Positions 28,123-39,168 of a DNA stretch of 64,000 nucleotides are shown here, one piece after another. Position numbers and translations under genes: made by a program. The DNA is from Candidatus Multivorans sp. Its GTDB lineage: Bacteria; Acidobacteriota; Thermoanaerobaculia; Multivoradales; Multivoraceae. The notes beneath the pieces were generated by a model. It did no database searches and was not told where the DNA came from. It was given only the letters and a program-made list of their open reading frames with translations. The DNA is taken from contig OZ251997.1 of assembly GCA_965247095.1 (NCBI GenBank), positions 2,656,001-2,720,000 on the forward strand, read 5' to 3'. How positions within the stretch are numbered: position 1 is the stretch's first letter; each line of letters begins with the position of its first letter.

Positions 28123-30527
28123 AGGGTTTCGCTCTGGCCGCCAGTGATGTCGAAGAAGGCGCCGACGCTCTTGAGCGTGACCAGCAGCCGGTACTGGGTG
28201 TCCTGGCGCAGGGTGGTGCGGAAGTTGGCGACCTCCAGGCGGAGACCGAAGCAGCAGGCCTGGTAGTCGATTACGTGGCGCTGAATCTGCAGGGCTCTCT
28301 GCTCGATGTCGTAGCTCACCATGCTGTTCAGGCGCAGCTTGCTCGGGATCAGTTCCAGGCCGGCCGAGACCTGTACGTGGTGGCGGCGCGTCCTGTCCAG
28401 TTCGGGATTGCGGCGCACCGCCCAGCGAAGACCGAGCGAACTCGTGTCGCCGACACCCAGAGTTGCCGAGATCCCGGTTGAGGAGAACTGGGAGAACAGG
28501 GTGTCGTAGAGCGCGTCGAAGCGGATGCCTGTGCGCCGGGACGGATTGAACCGCAGCAGGGCGCCGACGGGACCGTTCTGGCTGGTGAGGGAGCGGTCCC
28601 GCGAGCGCAGCAGCGGTTTCTCGCTGTCGAGCGACAGGTCCCGAAAGAACTCGACCGAGAGGATCTCGAAGGCGCCGCCCTGTTCGGGATCGGCAGGCTT
28701 GGCGAGCAGACGGTTGAACAGGCTGAAGCGGGCGACGTTGCGTCCGCGCAGGTTGTCGACCTCGTCGAACAGTGGGATGCGGAAGCGGTCGTCGAAGTCT
28801 TCGAAGTAGGCATAGACGACGCGGGGCTCGATCAAGTGCTTCATCCGCGAGAAGCGCCCACCCTCCCCAAGTTCGAAGATGCGCGAGAACCCGGGGCCGA
28901 CAAGCTCGGCGCGAGCGGTGGGAACGAGCCGCATCAGGTCCTCGCCCCGGAAGTCCGAGTCGCTCATTGCGGCCCGCCGTTCCTGGGCGCTCATCAGGCT
29001 GTCGCCGTACCAGGTCAGATGACCGCCGGCGGTGAGCGACAGGGACAGCCAGGTCGCCATCCGTATGGGAACGCTGATCTCCGGCGCCAGATTGGCGCGC
29101 GCGTAGCGGCCGACCCGCCGGGCTGAGCGGTTGGTGTCGAGATAGTGCAGCGAGCTCTTCAACTGCACGTAGACCGGCGAGTCTCCCAGCCGCGTGGAAC
29201 GCAGCTTGTACTCGATCTCGGGCAGTTGGCGCAGTTGGACGGTGCGGTCAGCCGAGATGAACGTCTTGCGTTGGTCGAGCTGGACGTTGATGGACTGGCT
29301 GCCCCAGTTCCGGGTCATGAAGGCGGTCGAGTAGAGCTGGCGCCGGCTGTTGCGATCGACCCGGCGTTCGAAGTCGCGGAAGAAGTCGAAGTCGGACACG
29401 TCCTCGAAGCGGACCACGCCGCGGAATCCGCCGGGCAGTTGCTGCGACTGGTGGTTCCAGCGCATCCGCCAGCGCTTCTCGCCCCGCTCCGTGTCGTCGA
29501 TCACGTAGCCGTCGAAGATGCCCTCGGTCCCCTCGCTGGGCCGGTAGCGAAACTCGGTTCCCGCGCCCCAGAAGGGCCTCTCCGAGAAGGCACTCTCGGC
29601 GCCGGCCGGGGCGCCGCCGTAGAGGTCGACGTTGAGGGTGGCGTCGTAGCTCCTGTTGATCGCCCAGAAGTAGGCGATGCCGAGAGAGGGACCGCGGCGG
29701 GTGGAGAAGCCGGGCTTCGGCATCAGGAAGCCGCTGACCCGGGAAGTCTTCACCGGCCACAGCATGTAGGGCAGGTACACGAGCGGCACGTTCTTGGCGC
29801 GGAACGACACGCCGCGGGTCTTGGCGTAGCCGCTCGCATTTACGTGGACCTTCTTGGCGCGGAAGCTCCAGTCCGGCGTCTCGCCGTCCTCGACCTCGCA
29901 GGCGGTGAACTGGGCGTCGAGGATCGTGAAGCGCTCCTCGCTGAGCTTGTGCACCGCGGCGCCGGTGAAGAAGTAGTCGGTGCCGAGGTTGCCCTCGACA
30001 TCGAAGATCGAAGCCGTTTCGGTCGCCAGATCGAGTTCGAGGCGTGACCCCCGCAGGACTTCGTTGCCGCGGATGAGAACGATCGACCCCTCGGCCCGGA
30101 TCTGTTCGGTTTCCTGGTCGTAGAACAGCTCGTCGCCCCAGGCCCGGTAGTCGCGAACGCGGACCGAGAACCCGCCCGACAGCGCATGTTCTCCCGGCTC
30201 TCCGATCGGGCCCTGCATGGCGCCGGCCCAGCCGGCGAGTTGGCCGCCCCCGGACTCGTCGTCGATGCTGAAGGTGAACTCCGAAGAGTCGGCGGGCTTG
30301 GGTGGACCGGGGTCGGGTGGCTCTTCGGCGGCGGCCGGTTCGGCGTCGCCCGACTCGTCGGTGGTCGGCTCGGACGACTCCTCGTCGGCCGGTTGGACCT
30401 CGTCTTGTTGCTCCTCCTCCACGGCCGGCGCAGGTTCTTGAACCGGCGCCTGCGCCGCGGCGCCGGTGGCCAGCGCCAGGCTAAACGCCAGCGCGAGGGT
30501 CAGACGCGAGATGTCAGCGGTACGCAT
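28119..30527 (-). CDS. lptD: LPS-assembly protein LptD
   Basis: Signal peptide, FTAC, PDW, SGFLMP, beta-barrel pattern, C-terminal YQACC. Confidence 0.88.
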   Translation of the reverse strand: MRTADISRLTLALAFSLALATGAAAQAPVQEPAPAVEEEQQDEVQPADEESSEPTTDESGDAEPAAAEEPPDPGPPKPADSSEFTFSIDDESGGGQLAGWAGAMQGPIGEPGEHALSGGFSVRVRDYRAWGDELFYDQETEQIRAEGSIVLIRGNEVLRGSRLELDLATETASIFDVEGNLGTDYFFTGAAVHKLSEERFTILDAQFTACEVEDGETPDWSFRAKKVHVNASGYAKTRGVSFRAKNVPLVYLPYMLWPVKTSRVSGFLMPKPGFSTRRGPSLGIAYFWAINRSYDATLNVDLYGGAPAGAESAFSERPFWGAGTEFRYRPSEGTEGIFDGYVIDDTERGEKRWRMRWNHQSQQLPGGFRGVVRFEDVSDFDFFRDFERRVDRNSRRQLYSTAFMTRNWGSQSINVQLDQRKTFISADRTVQLRQLPEIEYKLRSTRLGDSPVYVQLKSSLHYLDTNRSARRVGRYARANLAPEISVPIRMATWLSLSLTAGGHLTWYGDSLMSAQERRAAMSDSDFRGEDLMRLVPTARAELVGPGFSRIFELGEGGRFSRMKHLIEPRVVYAYFEDFDDRFRIPLFDEVDNLRGRNVARFSLFNRLLAKPADPEQGGAFEILSVEFFRDLSLDSEKPLLRSRDRSLTSQNGPVGALLRFNPSRRTGIRFDALYDTLFSQFSSTGISATLGVGDTSSLGLRWAVRRNPELDRTRRHHVQVSAGLELIPSKLRLNSMVSYDIEQRALQIQRHVIDYQACCFGLRLEVANFRTTLRQDTQYRLLVTLKSVGAFFDITGGQSETL

Positions 30528-30672
30528 TCCGACGTTGGCCTAGCTTCGGGATCGGGATGACAGGCGGCAAGTCTCGCGGCGGCACCGGCCCACGGGCATC
30601 TGGGCATTGCCCATCGTACCGCGCCCGACCCGGTTGACAGGCCGTGGCGGCCCGCTTCAGAGTGACGTTGCT

Positions 30673-31082
30673 GTGCGCTTCCTTGGCATCGACATCGGCG
30701 AGAAGCGTGTCGGTGTGGCGGAAGGGGATTCCCAGGTGGGGGTCGCGGTGCCGCACTCGACGCTGCGACGCACCAGCGACCGGCAGTTGATCGCGGAACT
30801 TAAGGCGTTGGCCGTCGATCTGGGCACGGACATGCTGGTGGTGGGCGAACCCCGGCGCCTGGACGGTTCCGTCGGCCCGGCGGCGGAGCGGGCGCGCGCG
30901 TTCGCCCGCAAGCTGGGCCGGGCCTGCGAACTGCCGGTGCAGACGGTGAACGAGTCGCTGACTTCGGTCGAGGCGGAGCGCCGGCTGCGAGCGGCCGGAG
31001 TCGACCCACGCAAGCATCCGGAACGGGTCGATGCCACGGCCGCCCAGATCCTCCTGCAGGAGGCGCTGGACGGGGAGGCCGG

Positions 31083-31086
<4 letters not shown>
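30673..31086 (+). CDS. yqgF: YqgF/RuvX pre-16S rRNA nuclease
   Basis: LGIDIGEKRVGVA, VVGEP, NESLTS, VDATAAQILLQ. Confidence 0.92.
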
Positions 31087-32150
<1,064 letters not shown>

Positions 32151-32151
32151 T

Positions 32152-32243
32152 CCTGGGAACCCGTGTGGCGCGACCCGCGCCACACGCGAACCACTCCGTG
32201 TGCCCGTCATCGGGCGCACGGATGGCACGCGGGCGTCTCGCCC
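32152..32243. repeat. Cluster of three GC-rich hairpins / REP-like element
   Basis: Stems at 32162-32172/32176-32186 (perfect), 32196-32206/32211-32221 and 32231-32235/32239-32243. Shares the CCTGGGAAC head with the element at 48868. Confidence 0.6.
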
Positions 32244-32323
32244 ACATTCCGGCGAGCCGCGGAGCGGTGAGAGGGTGAACGGTGGCATAGCCCCTGCATT
32301 CAACCCGGCTAAGCTCATGCCCG

Positions 32324-32734
32324 ATGCACCTGCCCACCCTCAACGCCATCCTGAACGCCGCCGCGGCGCTGCTGCTCGTTACCGGCTACGTCCTGATCCG
32401 GCGCGGTCACCGCGAGCGGCACAAGCAGGTCATGCTGGCGGCGCTGGGGTGTTCGGCGGCGTTCCTGGTCTCCTATCTCTACTACCACTACAAGGTCGGT
32501 TCGGTTCACTTCGAGGGCGAGGGGACGGTGCGGACCGTCTATCTCGGCATCCTCCTGACGCACACGGTGCTGGCCGTCGCGGTGCCGCCGCTGGCGCTGA
32601 TCACGGTCTTCCGGGGCCTTCGAGGCAGGTACGACCGGCACAAGAAGATCGCCCGGATCACGCTGCCGATCTGGCTCTACGTGTCCGTGACCGGGGTCGT
32701 TGTGTACTGGATGCTGTACCGGATGTCGTGGTGA
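32324..32734 (+). CDS. DUF420 family membrane protein
   Basis: LPTLNA, HKQVM, FLVSYL, HKKIAR, IWLYVSVTGVVVY. Confidence 0.9.
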   Translation: MHLPTLNAILNAAAALLLVTGYVLIRRGHRERHKQVMLAALGCSAAFLVSYLYYHYKVGSVHFEGEGTVRTVYLGILLTHTVLAVAVPPLALITVFRGLRGRYDRHKKIARITLPIWLYVSVTGVVVYWMLYRMSW

Positions 32735-35271
32735 AGGCGGGACGGAACCGGGTGCGAATCCGCCGGCTGCTTCTGGTTGCCGCCTGCCTCGCGCCGGCGC
32801 TGGCCGGGGCTCAGGAGCCCGCGTGGCGGCTCTCCGAGTGGAGCGACGAGGAGCGGGAGTTCTTTCTCGACGGACCCCAGTACCTGCTGACGCCGGCCGA
32901 GCTGCACCGGGTCCAGGATCTCCACCCGGGGGCGCGCCGCGAGTACATCGAGACCTTCCTGAACCGAGCCCAGATCGCCGAGGGCATCGAGCAGCGTCAC
33001 CGGCGGATCCGCCAGTCGGGCGCTCCGTTCTTCGATGTCCGCGCGCAGTTGCTGTTCCTGCACGGCGAGCCGGACGACATCGAGCCGGTCGACTGCGATC
33101 AGACCTTCCGGCCGCTTGAGATCTGGCGCTACGGGCCGGAGGAGGGCGAGCACGAGAACCTGGTCCTCTTCCAGCCCAAGCCGAACGAGGCGTTCCAGCT
33201 CTGGTTGCCCGAGTACTCCAAGCGGGTTCTGTACATGCCCGAGATGGAGTACTGGCTCGAGCAGTACGAAGAGCTTCGCGGTCTCATAAGAGCTCGCCGT
33301 TTCGACCTGCAGGTGTGCGAGGAGGCGCGGCGGGTCGACCGGGCCACAGGCGTCTGGGGCCTGTTCGACTTCCGGCCGCGGCGGCCTACCAATGCGAGTG
33401 TGCAGGGTTGGTTGAGGCCCCCACAGGATCTCGACGCCTGGGCCGCCGCGGCCGCGGCCGATCATCTGCCGGCGCCGCCCGCGCTGGAGCTCGAGGATCC
33501 GATCGTCACCTTCCCGGCGCGGAGCGGCCAGCGCATCGTGACCCGGATTCTCCTTTCCCTGCCGCCAGGCGCCTCCTTCGAGCCCTTTGTTGACGACACC
33601 GGCAGAGAGCAGGTCCGGATCAACGTGGAAGGCGTCATCGAGCAGCCGGACCGGATCTTCGATGTCTTCCGGGTGCGCTTCCTTTCCGGCACGCCGCCGG
33701 AGGACCGGTCGCTGGCGCTGCCGATGGAGCACCTGCTGCGTCCGGGTTCGGTCGTCCTCGTGAGGTTCCTGGTGCGCGACGAGATCAGCGGCGCCGTGGC
33801 GTACGGGGCGGTGCCGCTCGAGGTGCCGCTGGCGCCGCAGACGGCGCCGGCGAGTCCGGAAGACCGCCGCCGCCTCATCCTGGCGGCGGAGCAGTTGGTG
33901 GCGGACCTGCCGGAGACAGCGCTCGCCGCGGACAGCCGCCTGGTCCTGGTGCCGCCCGAAAGCGAGGTCGTGCTCGGGTTGTGGCGGGCCGAGACCCTGG
34001 TGACCGGGAGCGAGATCGTAGCGATGCGGTTCTTCGTCGACGGCGTGCTCCAGGTCACGCGCCGCCGGCCCCCGTTCAGCGCCGAGGTGCGGCTGGCGAA
34101 ATACCCGGCCGAGCAGGTGGTTCGGGTCGAGGGGCTCGACGAGAACGGCGAGGTCGTGGGTTCGGACGAACTGGTGCTGAACCAGCAGCGCGGCGAGTTG
34201 CGGGTGCTGATCAACGAACCCCGGCGGGGTGTTCGGGTGACGGGCAAGGTGGATGCCGTCGCCACGGTCATCGTGCCCGAGGAGCGCGTGGTTCAGGAGG
34301 TCGAGTTCCGGGTCGGAGAAGAGGTGCAGACCGTGCTGCGCAAACCGCCGTGGCGTGCCGAGATCGATGTGCCCGCGGCCGGCGATCAGGAGCTCGTCTA
34401 CCTCACCGTCGGCGCCACGCTGGACGACGGCAGCCGCGCGGAGGACGTGCGCTTCCTGAACGCGCCCGAGTTCACCGACACGGTAGACGTCGACCTGGTC
34501 GAGCTCTACACGACGGTGGTCGACAGTGCGAACCGGCCGGTGACGACCCTGGTCGAGAGCGACTTCACCGTCATGGAGGATGGGCGCCGGCAGGAGCTTG
34601 CGAAGTTTGAACTGGTCGAAGACCTGCCGCTCACCCTGGGAATCGTGATCGACACCTCGGGATCGATGGAAACGTCCCTCGGCGAGGCGCGCCGGACCGC
34701 GTCGCAGTTCCTTTCCAACCTGATCACGCCGCGCGACCGTTCCTTCGCGGTCGCCTTCGCCTCTCGTCCGGCGCTGCTGATCGGCCGGACGTCGGACGTC
34801 AGCGCGGTCGCTGCCTCGATCGAGAATCTGCGCGCCGCCGGCAACACCGCGTTGCATGATGCGCTGATCACCAGCTTGTACTACTTCCGGGGGGTCAGAG
34901 GCCGGCGCGCTCTGGTCCTGCTCTCCGATGGCGCAGACACGGCGAGCACGGTGTCGTTTCCTGACGTCGAGGATTATGCCCGCCGCTCGGCGGTGGCGAT
35001 CTACACGATCGGCCTCGGAGTCAGCCGCACCCAGATGATCCTGCGCAACAAGCTGAACGGCCTGGCCAAGGTCACCGGCGGCAGGTCGTTCTTCATCTCC
35101 AAAGCCGAGGATCTGGTGCCGGTGTATGACGAGATCGAACGCGAGCTGCGCTCGCAGTACCTGCTGGCGTACAACTCGAACCGGGCCGGCAGCGGCGACG
35201 AGTACCGCCAGGTCGAGCTGAAGGTCAAGGGCCGGTTCAAGGCGCGGACGATCAGCGGCTACTACCCATGA
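32731..35271 (+). CDS. Secreted GWxTD-like / Ig-like / VWA-domain protein
   Basis: Signal peptide; LHGEPD..EIWRY segment; MIDAS DTSGS..T..SDG; ELRSQYLLAY typical of acidobacterial VWA proteins. Start approximate. Confidence 0.8.
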   Translation: MKAGRNRVRIRRLLLVAACLAPALAGAQEPAWRLSEWSDEEREFFLDGPQYLLTPAELHRVQDLHPGARREYIETFLNRAQIAEGIEQRHRRIRQSGAPFFDVRAQLLFLHGEPDDIEPVDCDQTFRPLEIWRYGPEEGEHENLVLFQPKPNEAFQLWLPEYSKRVLYMPEMEYWLEQYEELRGLIRARRFDLQVCEEARRVDRATGVWGLFDFRPRRPTNASVQGWLRPPQDLDAWAAAAAADHLPAPPALELEDPIVTFPARSGQRIVTRILLSLPPGASFEPFVDDTGREQVRINVEGVIEQPDRIFDVFRVRFLSGTPPEDRSLALPMEHLLRPGSVVLVRFLVRDEISGAVAYGAVPLEVPLAPQTAPASPEDRRRLILAAEQLVADLPETALAADSRLVLVPPESEVVLGLWRAETLVTGSEIVAMRFFVDGVLQVTRRRPPFSAEVRLAKYPAEQVVRVEGLDENGEVVGSDELVLNQQRGELRVLINEPRRGVRVTGKVDAVATVIVPEERVVQEVEFRVGEEVQTVLRKPPWRAEIDVPAAGDQELVYLTVGATLDDGSRAEDVRFLNAPEFTDTVDVDLVELYTTVVDSANRPVTTLVESDFTVMEDGRRQELAKFELVEDLPLTLGIVIDTSGSMETSLGEARRTASQFLSNLITPRDRSFAVAFASRPALLIGRTSDVSAVAASIENLRAAGNTALHDALITSLYYFRGVRGRRALVLLSDGADTASTVSFPDVEDYARRSAVAIYTIGLGVSRTQMILRNKLNGLAKVTGGRSFFISKAEDLVPVYDEIERELRSQYLLAYNSNRAGSGDEYRQVELKVKGRFKARTISGYYP

Positions 35272-35939
35272 GGGCCCGGCTGGCGGTGCTGCCGCTGGCG
35301 TTGGTGGCGCTGCTGCTCCTGACCGGGCCGGCCGCGGCTCAGGAAGAGCCCGGCGCCCGCGTGGTGTCCTTCGAGCGTCTCAACCGGGCCTACGAGCACC
35401 TGATCGACGACCTGGTTCCGGTGCGCATCGGCCCCGCCGAGGTCATGCTGCGCTCGCCCGAGCACTCCCTGACCGTGACTCACCACGCGGCGACCCTGAG
35501 TCCCGTTCACGACGGCGTGTTCGAAGCCGCGCTCGAACTGGAGATAGCCGGTTCGGGCCGCATCGACGCGGATGTCACGATCGGCAGCCTGGAGAGCCGG
35601 CTGAGCCAGGAGCTGACCGTTCCGCGCCAGACCCTCTACCTGGAGGGCCTGGTCACGGTGCGGCGGGGCGAGGAAGGTTACTGGATCACCACGGAGCGGA
35701 TGCCGGAAACGGCCCAGGTGAGGATCGAGAGCGAGTTGGGCACGCAGCTCTTCACCGTCTGCCGGCAGATGGCGCTGGTGCTGGTCAGCCTCGACTGCGA
35801 CGCGATCGAGCGCGCCGTCACCCTGATCCTCGTGCCGCTGCCGGAGGCCGGTGGCGAGTACCTTATCGCCCTGGAAGATGCGACGCCGGAGGAGCGCGAA
35901 GAGTTCGACCGCTTTCTTGGGGAGCGCTCGAAGCCCTGA
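35268..35939 (+). CDS. Hypothetical exported protein
   Basis: Signal peptide (AAA-Q cleavage), host-like codon usage, coupled to the upstream gene. Confidence 0.75.
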   Translation: MRARLAVLPLALVALLLLTGPAAAQEEPGARVVSFERLNRAYEHLIDDLVPVRIGPAEVMLRSPEHSLTVTHHAATLSPVHDGVFEAALELEIAGSGRIDADVTIGSLESRLSQELTVPRQTLYLEGLVTVRRGEEGYWITTERMPETAQVRIESELGTQLFTVCRQMALVLVSLDCDAIERAVTLILVPLPEAGGEYLIALEDATPEEREEFDRFLGERSKP

Positions 35940-36047
35940 CGGCGCCCCCGCGCCCGAAACGGCAGCAGGAACCCTCCGGCGGGGCGGCGAATCCGGTAGG
36001 ATTTCGGCCGCTCGGCCGATTAGGGCCGACCCAGGAGTTGACTACGC

Positions 36048-36596
36048 ATGGCTACCCGTCGAATGATCTCGCGCCTCTACTACTTCACGATCGAGGATGA
36101 GGGCATCCTCGCCGAGTCGTTCGCCGGTCTGGACTCGGAGACCTTCGCGATCGCGTACAAGGTTGGGGACACGGACGATGTCTTCGTGATGACCAGCGAG
36201 ACGCGGGACGCCCTCGACCGGGCGGATGTGCCGTACAACCTGCTCGCCGAGGAGGACGGTTCGCGGGTCGCCCTGTACCACTCGCCGCTGTCGCGCGAGG
36301 AGTTGTCCGACTTCGAGGAGCCGCTCAAGGCGCTCGCACTCGCGTACCGGGCGATCGCGATGGCCTGCGTCGGCGTCAACGGCGAATCGGACCTCGGCTT
36401 CGACCTGAGCGAGGGGATGCGGAACTACACGTACTTCACCGCGCCGGCCGGCCACACCTTCATCTGGCGGCTGTTCACACACCGCGACGAGGCGCGACAG
36501 TTCCTGGACAAGCTCACGATCGGCGACAAGAGCGCTCTCGAGTGGGCCGAAGCGATTCCCATGGAGTCGGTGGTCGAACTCAAGGGCTTCCACTGA
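36048..36596 (+). CDS. Hypothetical cytoplasmic protein
   Basis: SD CAGGAG, strong host codon bias, no recognised motif. Confidence 0.8.
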   Translation: MATRRMISRLYYFTIEDEGILAESFAGLDSETFAIAYKVGDTDDVFVMTSETRDALDRADVPYNLLAEEDGSRVALYHSPLSREELSDFEEPLKALALAYRAIAMACVGVNGESDLGFDLSEGMRNYTYFTAPAGHTFIWRLFTHRDEARQFLDKLTIGDKSALEWAEAIPMESVVELKGFH

Positions 36597-37924
36597 GTTC
36601 CGAACTCCCGGCCGGCACCTACACCGTCTCCCAGTTCGCGTGGGAGATGAAGGGTCTCCTCGGCGACGCCTATCCCTCGGTGTGGATCGCCGGCGAGGTC
36701 CAGAGACTCCGAACGGCCGCCCGGGGTCAGCTCTACTTCGAGCTGATCGAGAAGGGGCGGGGAGACCGGGTCCAGGCGAAGCTGGACTGCGTGGTCTGGA
36801 CAGACGACCGGCCCCGGGTCGAGGCGGCGCTGCGGGAGGCGGGCGTTGAACTGGAGGAGGGCGTCGTCCTGCGGTGTGCCGGCCGGCCCGACTTCTGGCC
36901 CGGCGGGGGCAGGTTCCAGTTCGTCGTCGCCGACGTCGACCCCCTGTTCTCGCTCGGCGCCCTGGAGAAGCGGCGCCGCGAGACCCTCCGCGCGCTCGAG
37001 GCGGCCGGTTTGCTCGAACTGAACAAGCGGTTGCCGCTGGCGGCGGTGCCGCTCGACATCGGCCTGGTGACCTCGGAGGGGAGCGCCGCCTACCACGATT
37101 TCCTCGACACGCTCCAGAACTCCGGGTTCGGCTTTCGGGTGTCCCTGGTCCATTCGGCCGTCCAGGGCGCTACGGCCGAGGCGGAAATCGGCCGCGCCTT
37201 CGAGTTGCTGAGCGCGTTCGCGCGCGGCGGGCGCCGGCTCGATGCGATCGCCCTGATCCGCGGCGGCGGGTCGCGGGCCGACCTGGCGACGTTCGACAGT
37301 CGCTCTGTGGCGCGCGCGGTCGCCGAATCGCCGGTGCCCGTGATCTGCGGTGTCGGCCACCAGATCGACGTGTCGATTTCGGACCTGGTCGCGCACACGA
37401 CCTGCAAGACGCCCACGGAGGCGGCCGAGACTCTTGTCGGCCGCGTCCGCGAGGCCGCCGCTCAATGCCATGCGCTGGAGCGCGATCTGACCCGGTCGGC
37501 CGAGCGGACGCTGTCCGCGGCGGAGCGGTCGGTCCGCGACACGGGACGGACACTGGGACGACGCGCGGAGACCGCAGTGGTCCGTGTCGGAGAGCGTCTG
37601 CGCTCGGCGGCGACGCGGCTACCCGGTCCGAGTCGGAGACTCCTGACCGACGCCAGGAAGCAGGAGCGGGAACGCCGGATGCGGCTGCTGCGGGGCGCGT
37701 TCCTGCCCGTGCGCCGGGCGGCGGAGCAGATGGAGGCTCACGGGCGCCTGTGTGATCAACTCTCGCCGGAGCGGACGCTCGCGCGTGGTTTCAGCCTGAC
37801 CCGGCGGGTGGACGGCCGTCTGGTGCGAAGGGTCGACGACGTAGCGGTAGACGCCGAACTGCGGACCCAGGTCTCGGGCGGCACCATCCGCAGCAGGGTG
37901 CTGGGTACGGAGGAGCGAACATGA
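36593..37924 (+). CDS. xseA: Exodeoxyribonuclease VII large subunit
   Basis: YTVSQ, WIAGEV, AAYHDF, RGGGS..DL..F, GVGHQID, TPTEAA. Start uncertain (CTG 36593 or GTG 36542). Confidence 0.92.
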   Translation: MSSELPAGTYTVSQFAWEMKGLLGDAYPSVWIAGEVQRLRTAARGQLYFELIEKGRGDRVQAKLDCVVWTDDRPRVEAALREAGVELEEGVVLRCAGRPDFWPGGGRFQFVVADVDPLFSLGALEKRRRETLRALEAAGLLELNKRLPLAAVPLDIGLVTSEGSAAYHDFLDTLQNSGFGFRVSLVHSAVQGATAEAEIGRAFELLSAFARGGRRLDAIALIRGGGSRADLATFDSRSVARAVAESPVPVICGVGHQIDVSISDLVAHTTCKTPTEAAETLVGRVREAAAQCHALERDLTRSAERTLSAAERSVRDTGRTLGRRAETAVVRVGERLRSAATRLPGPSRRLLTDARKQERERRMRLLRGAFLPVRRAAEQMEAHGRLCDQLSPERTLARGFSLTRRVDGRLVRRVDDVAVDAELRTQVSGGTIRSRVLGTEERT

Positions 37925-38232
37925 GCGCAGACGGCGCCGCCGGCGGGGACGAACTGAGTTTCAGCCAGGCGATGGAGGAGCTCGAGAGCGTGCTCCGGCG
38001 CATCGAGGGTGACGAGATCGACATCGACCAACTGGGCAGGGAGTTGGGGCGCGCCGCTCTATTGCTCGAGATCTGCCGGAAGAAGATCCGGCGGGCCGAG
38101 GTTGAGGTTCAGCAGATTGTCGAAGCGATCGAGGAGGAGGCGGCTGATTCCGGCGACGCGGCGGCCGATCCCCAGGAGGCTTCCGGCTTCGAGACGTCGG
38201 CCGGCGATCAGGACGACGACATTCCCTTCTGA
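37921..38232 (+). CDS. xseB: Exodeoxyribonuclease VII small subunit
   Basis: SFSQAMEELE..I...C...I..AE pattern; coupled to xseA. Confidence 0.9.
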   Translation: MSADGAAGGDELSFSQAMEELESVLRRIEGDEIDIDQLGRELGRAALLLEICRKKIRRAEVEVQQIVEAIEEEAADSGDAAADPQEASGFETSAGDQDDDIPF

Positions 38233-38253
38233 TGTTGTACGACAACCTCTCTG

Positions 38254-39096
38254 ATGTTTGAGCGCCAGCAGACAGGCTCCGTCGTGTGCCCCGGCTGCGG
38301 CCGGTTGGTCGGCGTTCGGGATGAGCGCTGCTGGAACTGCGGCCGCGCCCGGCCCAGCCTGTTCGGTTTCTCCCGCGTGCTGCAGCGAATCGGCAGCGAG
38401 GCCGCGTTCTCCACCTTGGTGATCGGCATTTGCGTGGTGATCTTCGTGCTCGAGCTGGCGATGGCGCCGGGCGGGGTCGGCACCCGGTTGGGCTTCGGCT
38501 TTCTCTCGCCCGACTTCGAGGTCGCTATCCGGTTCGGAGCGAGTGGGGCGCCCATCGTCTTCGAGTACGACCGCTGGTGGACGATCCTGAGCGCCGGCTG
38601 GCTGCACGGCGGTCTGCTGCACATCGGCTTCAACATGTACTGGGTGCATCAACTCGGCCCGGCCATGGCGCGGCTCTACGGCACCGGGCGGGCGGCGATC
38701 ATCTACCTGGTCTCGTCGGCGTTGGGTTTCCTGGTCACCAGCGCCCTGCCGGTCTTCGCTCCGTGGATGCCGCTGACGCATCGCGGTGTGACCCTGGGCG
38801 CGTCGGCGGCGGTGTTCGGTTGGCTGGGGGCGCTGCTCTGCTACTCGCGGAGGACCGGCGGCCGCATGTTCCTGAGGCAGGTGCTGGGCATGGCCATTCC
38901 GCTGGTCCTGTTCGGACTGTTGCTTCCGGGGATCGACAACTGGGCTCACCTCGGCGGTCTGGCGGGCGGCTACCTGCTGGCGAGCATGTACAGCCCGGAC
39001 AAGCCGGAGGGTCCCGGGGAGGTGCTGGTCGCGCTCGTGCTGCTCGTCGTCTCGGTTCTCGCCGTTCCGTTCTCGTTTCTCACCTGGTCGTTCTAG
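38254..39096 (+). CDS. Rhomboid intramembrane serine protease with N-terminal zinc ribbon
   Basis: CPGC..CWNC, LHGGLLHIGFN, GASAAVFG, AHLGG. Confidence 0.9.
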   Translation: MFERQQTGSVVCPGCGRLVGVRDERCWNCGRARPSLFGFSRVLQRIGSEAAFSTLVIGICVVIFVLELAMAPGGVGTRLGFGFLSPDFEVAIRFGASGAPIVFEYDRWWTILSAGWLHGGLLHIGFNMYWVHQLGPAMARLYGTGRAAIIYLVSSALGFLVTSALPVFAPWMPLTHRGVTLGASAAVFGWLGALLCYSRRTGGRMFLRQVLGMAIPLVLFGLLLPGIDNWAHLGGLAGGYLLASMYSPDKPEGPGEVLVALVLLVVSVLAVPFSFLTWSF

Positions 39097-39125
39097 GGCG
39101 CGAGGTCATGGTGAGGGCAGCGCCG

Positions 39126-39163
39126 CGCGAATAATCGTGCGCCGTTGTGGTGTATTATTCGCC
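39126..39163 (+). promoter_or_regulatory. Tandem ARG boxes (ArgR operator) overlapping the arg promoter
   Basis: Cores CGAATAATCGTGCG (39128) and TGGTGTATTATTCG (39148) lie 20 bp apart and form the inverted repeat GCGAATAAT/ATTATTCGC. argR is in the same operon; TATTAT -10 at 39153. Confidence 0.7.
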
Positions 39164-39168
39164 GCCTT

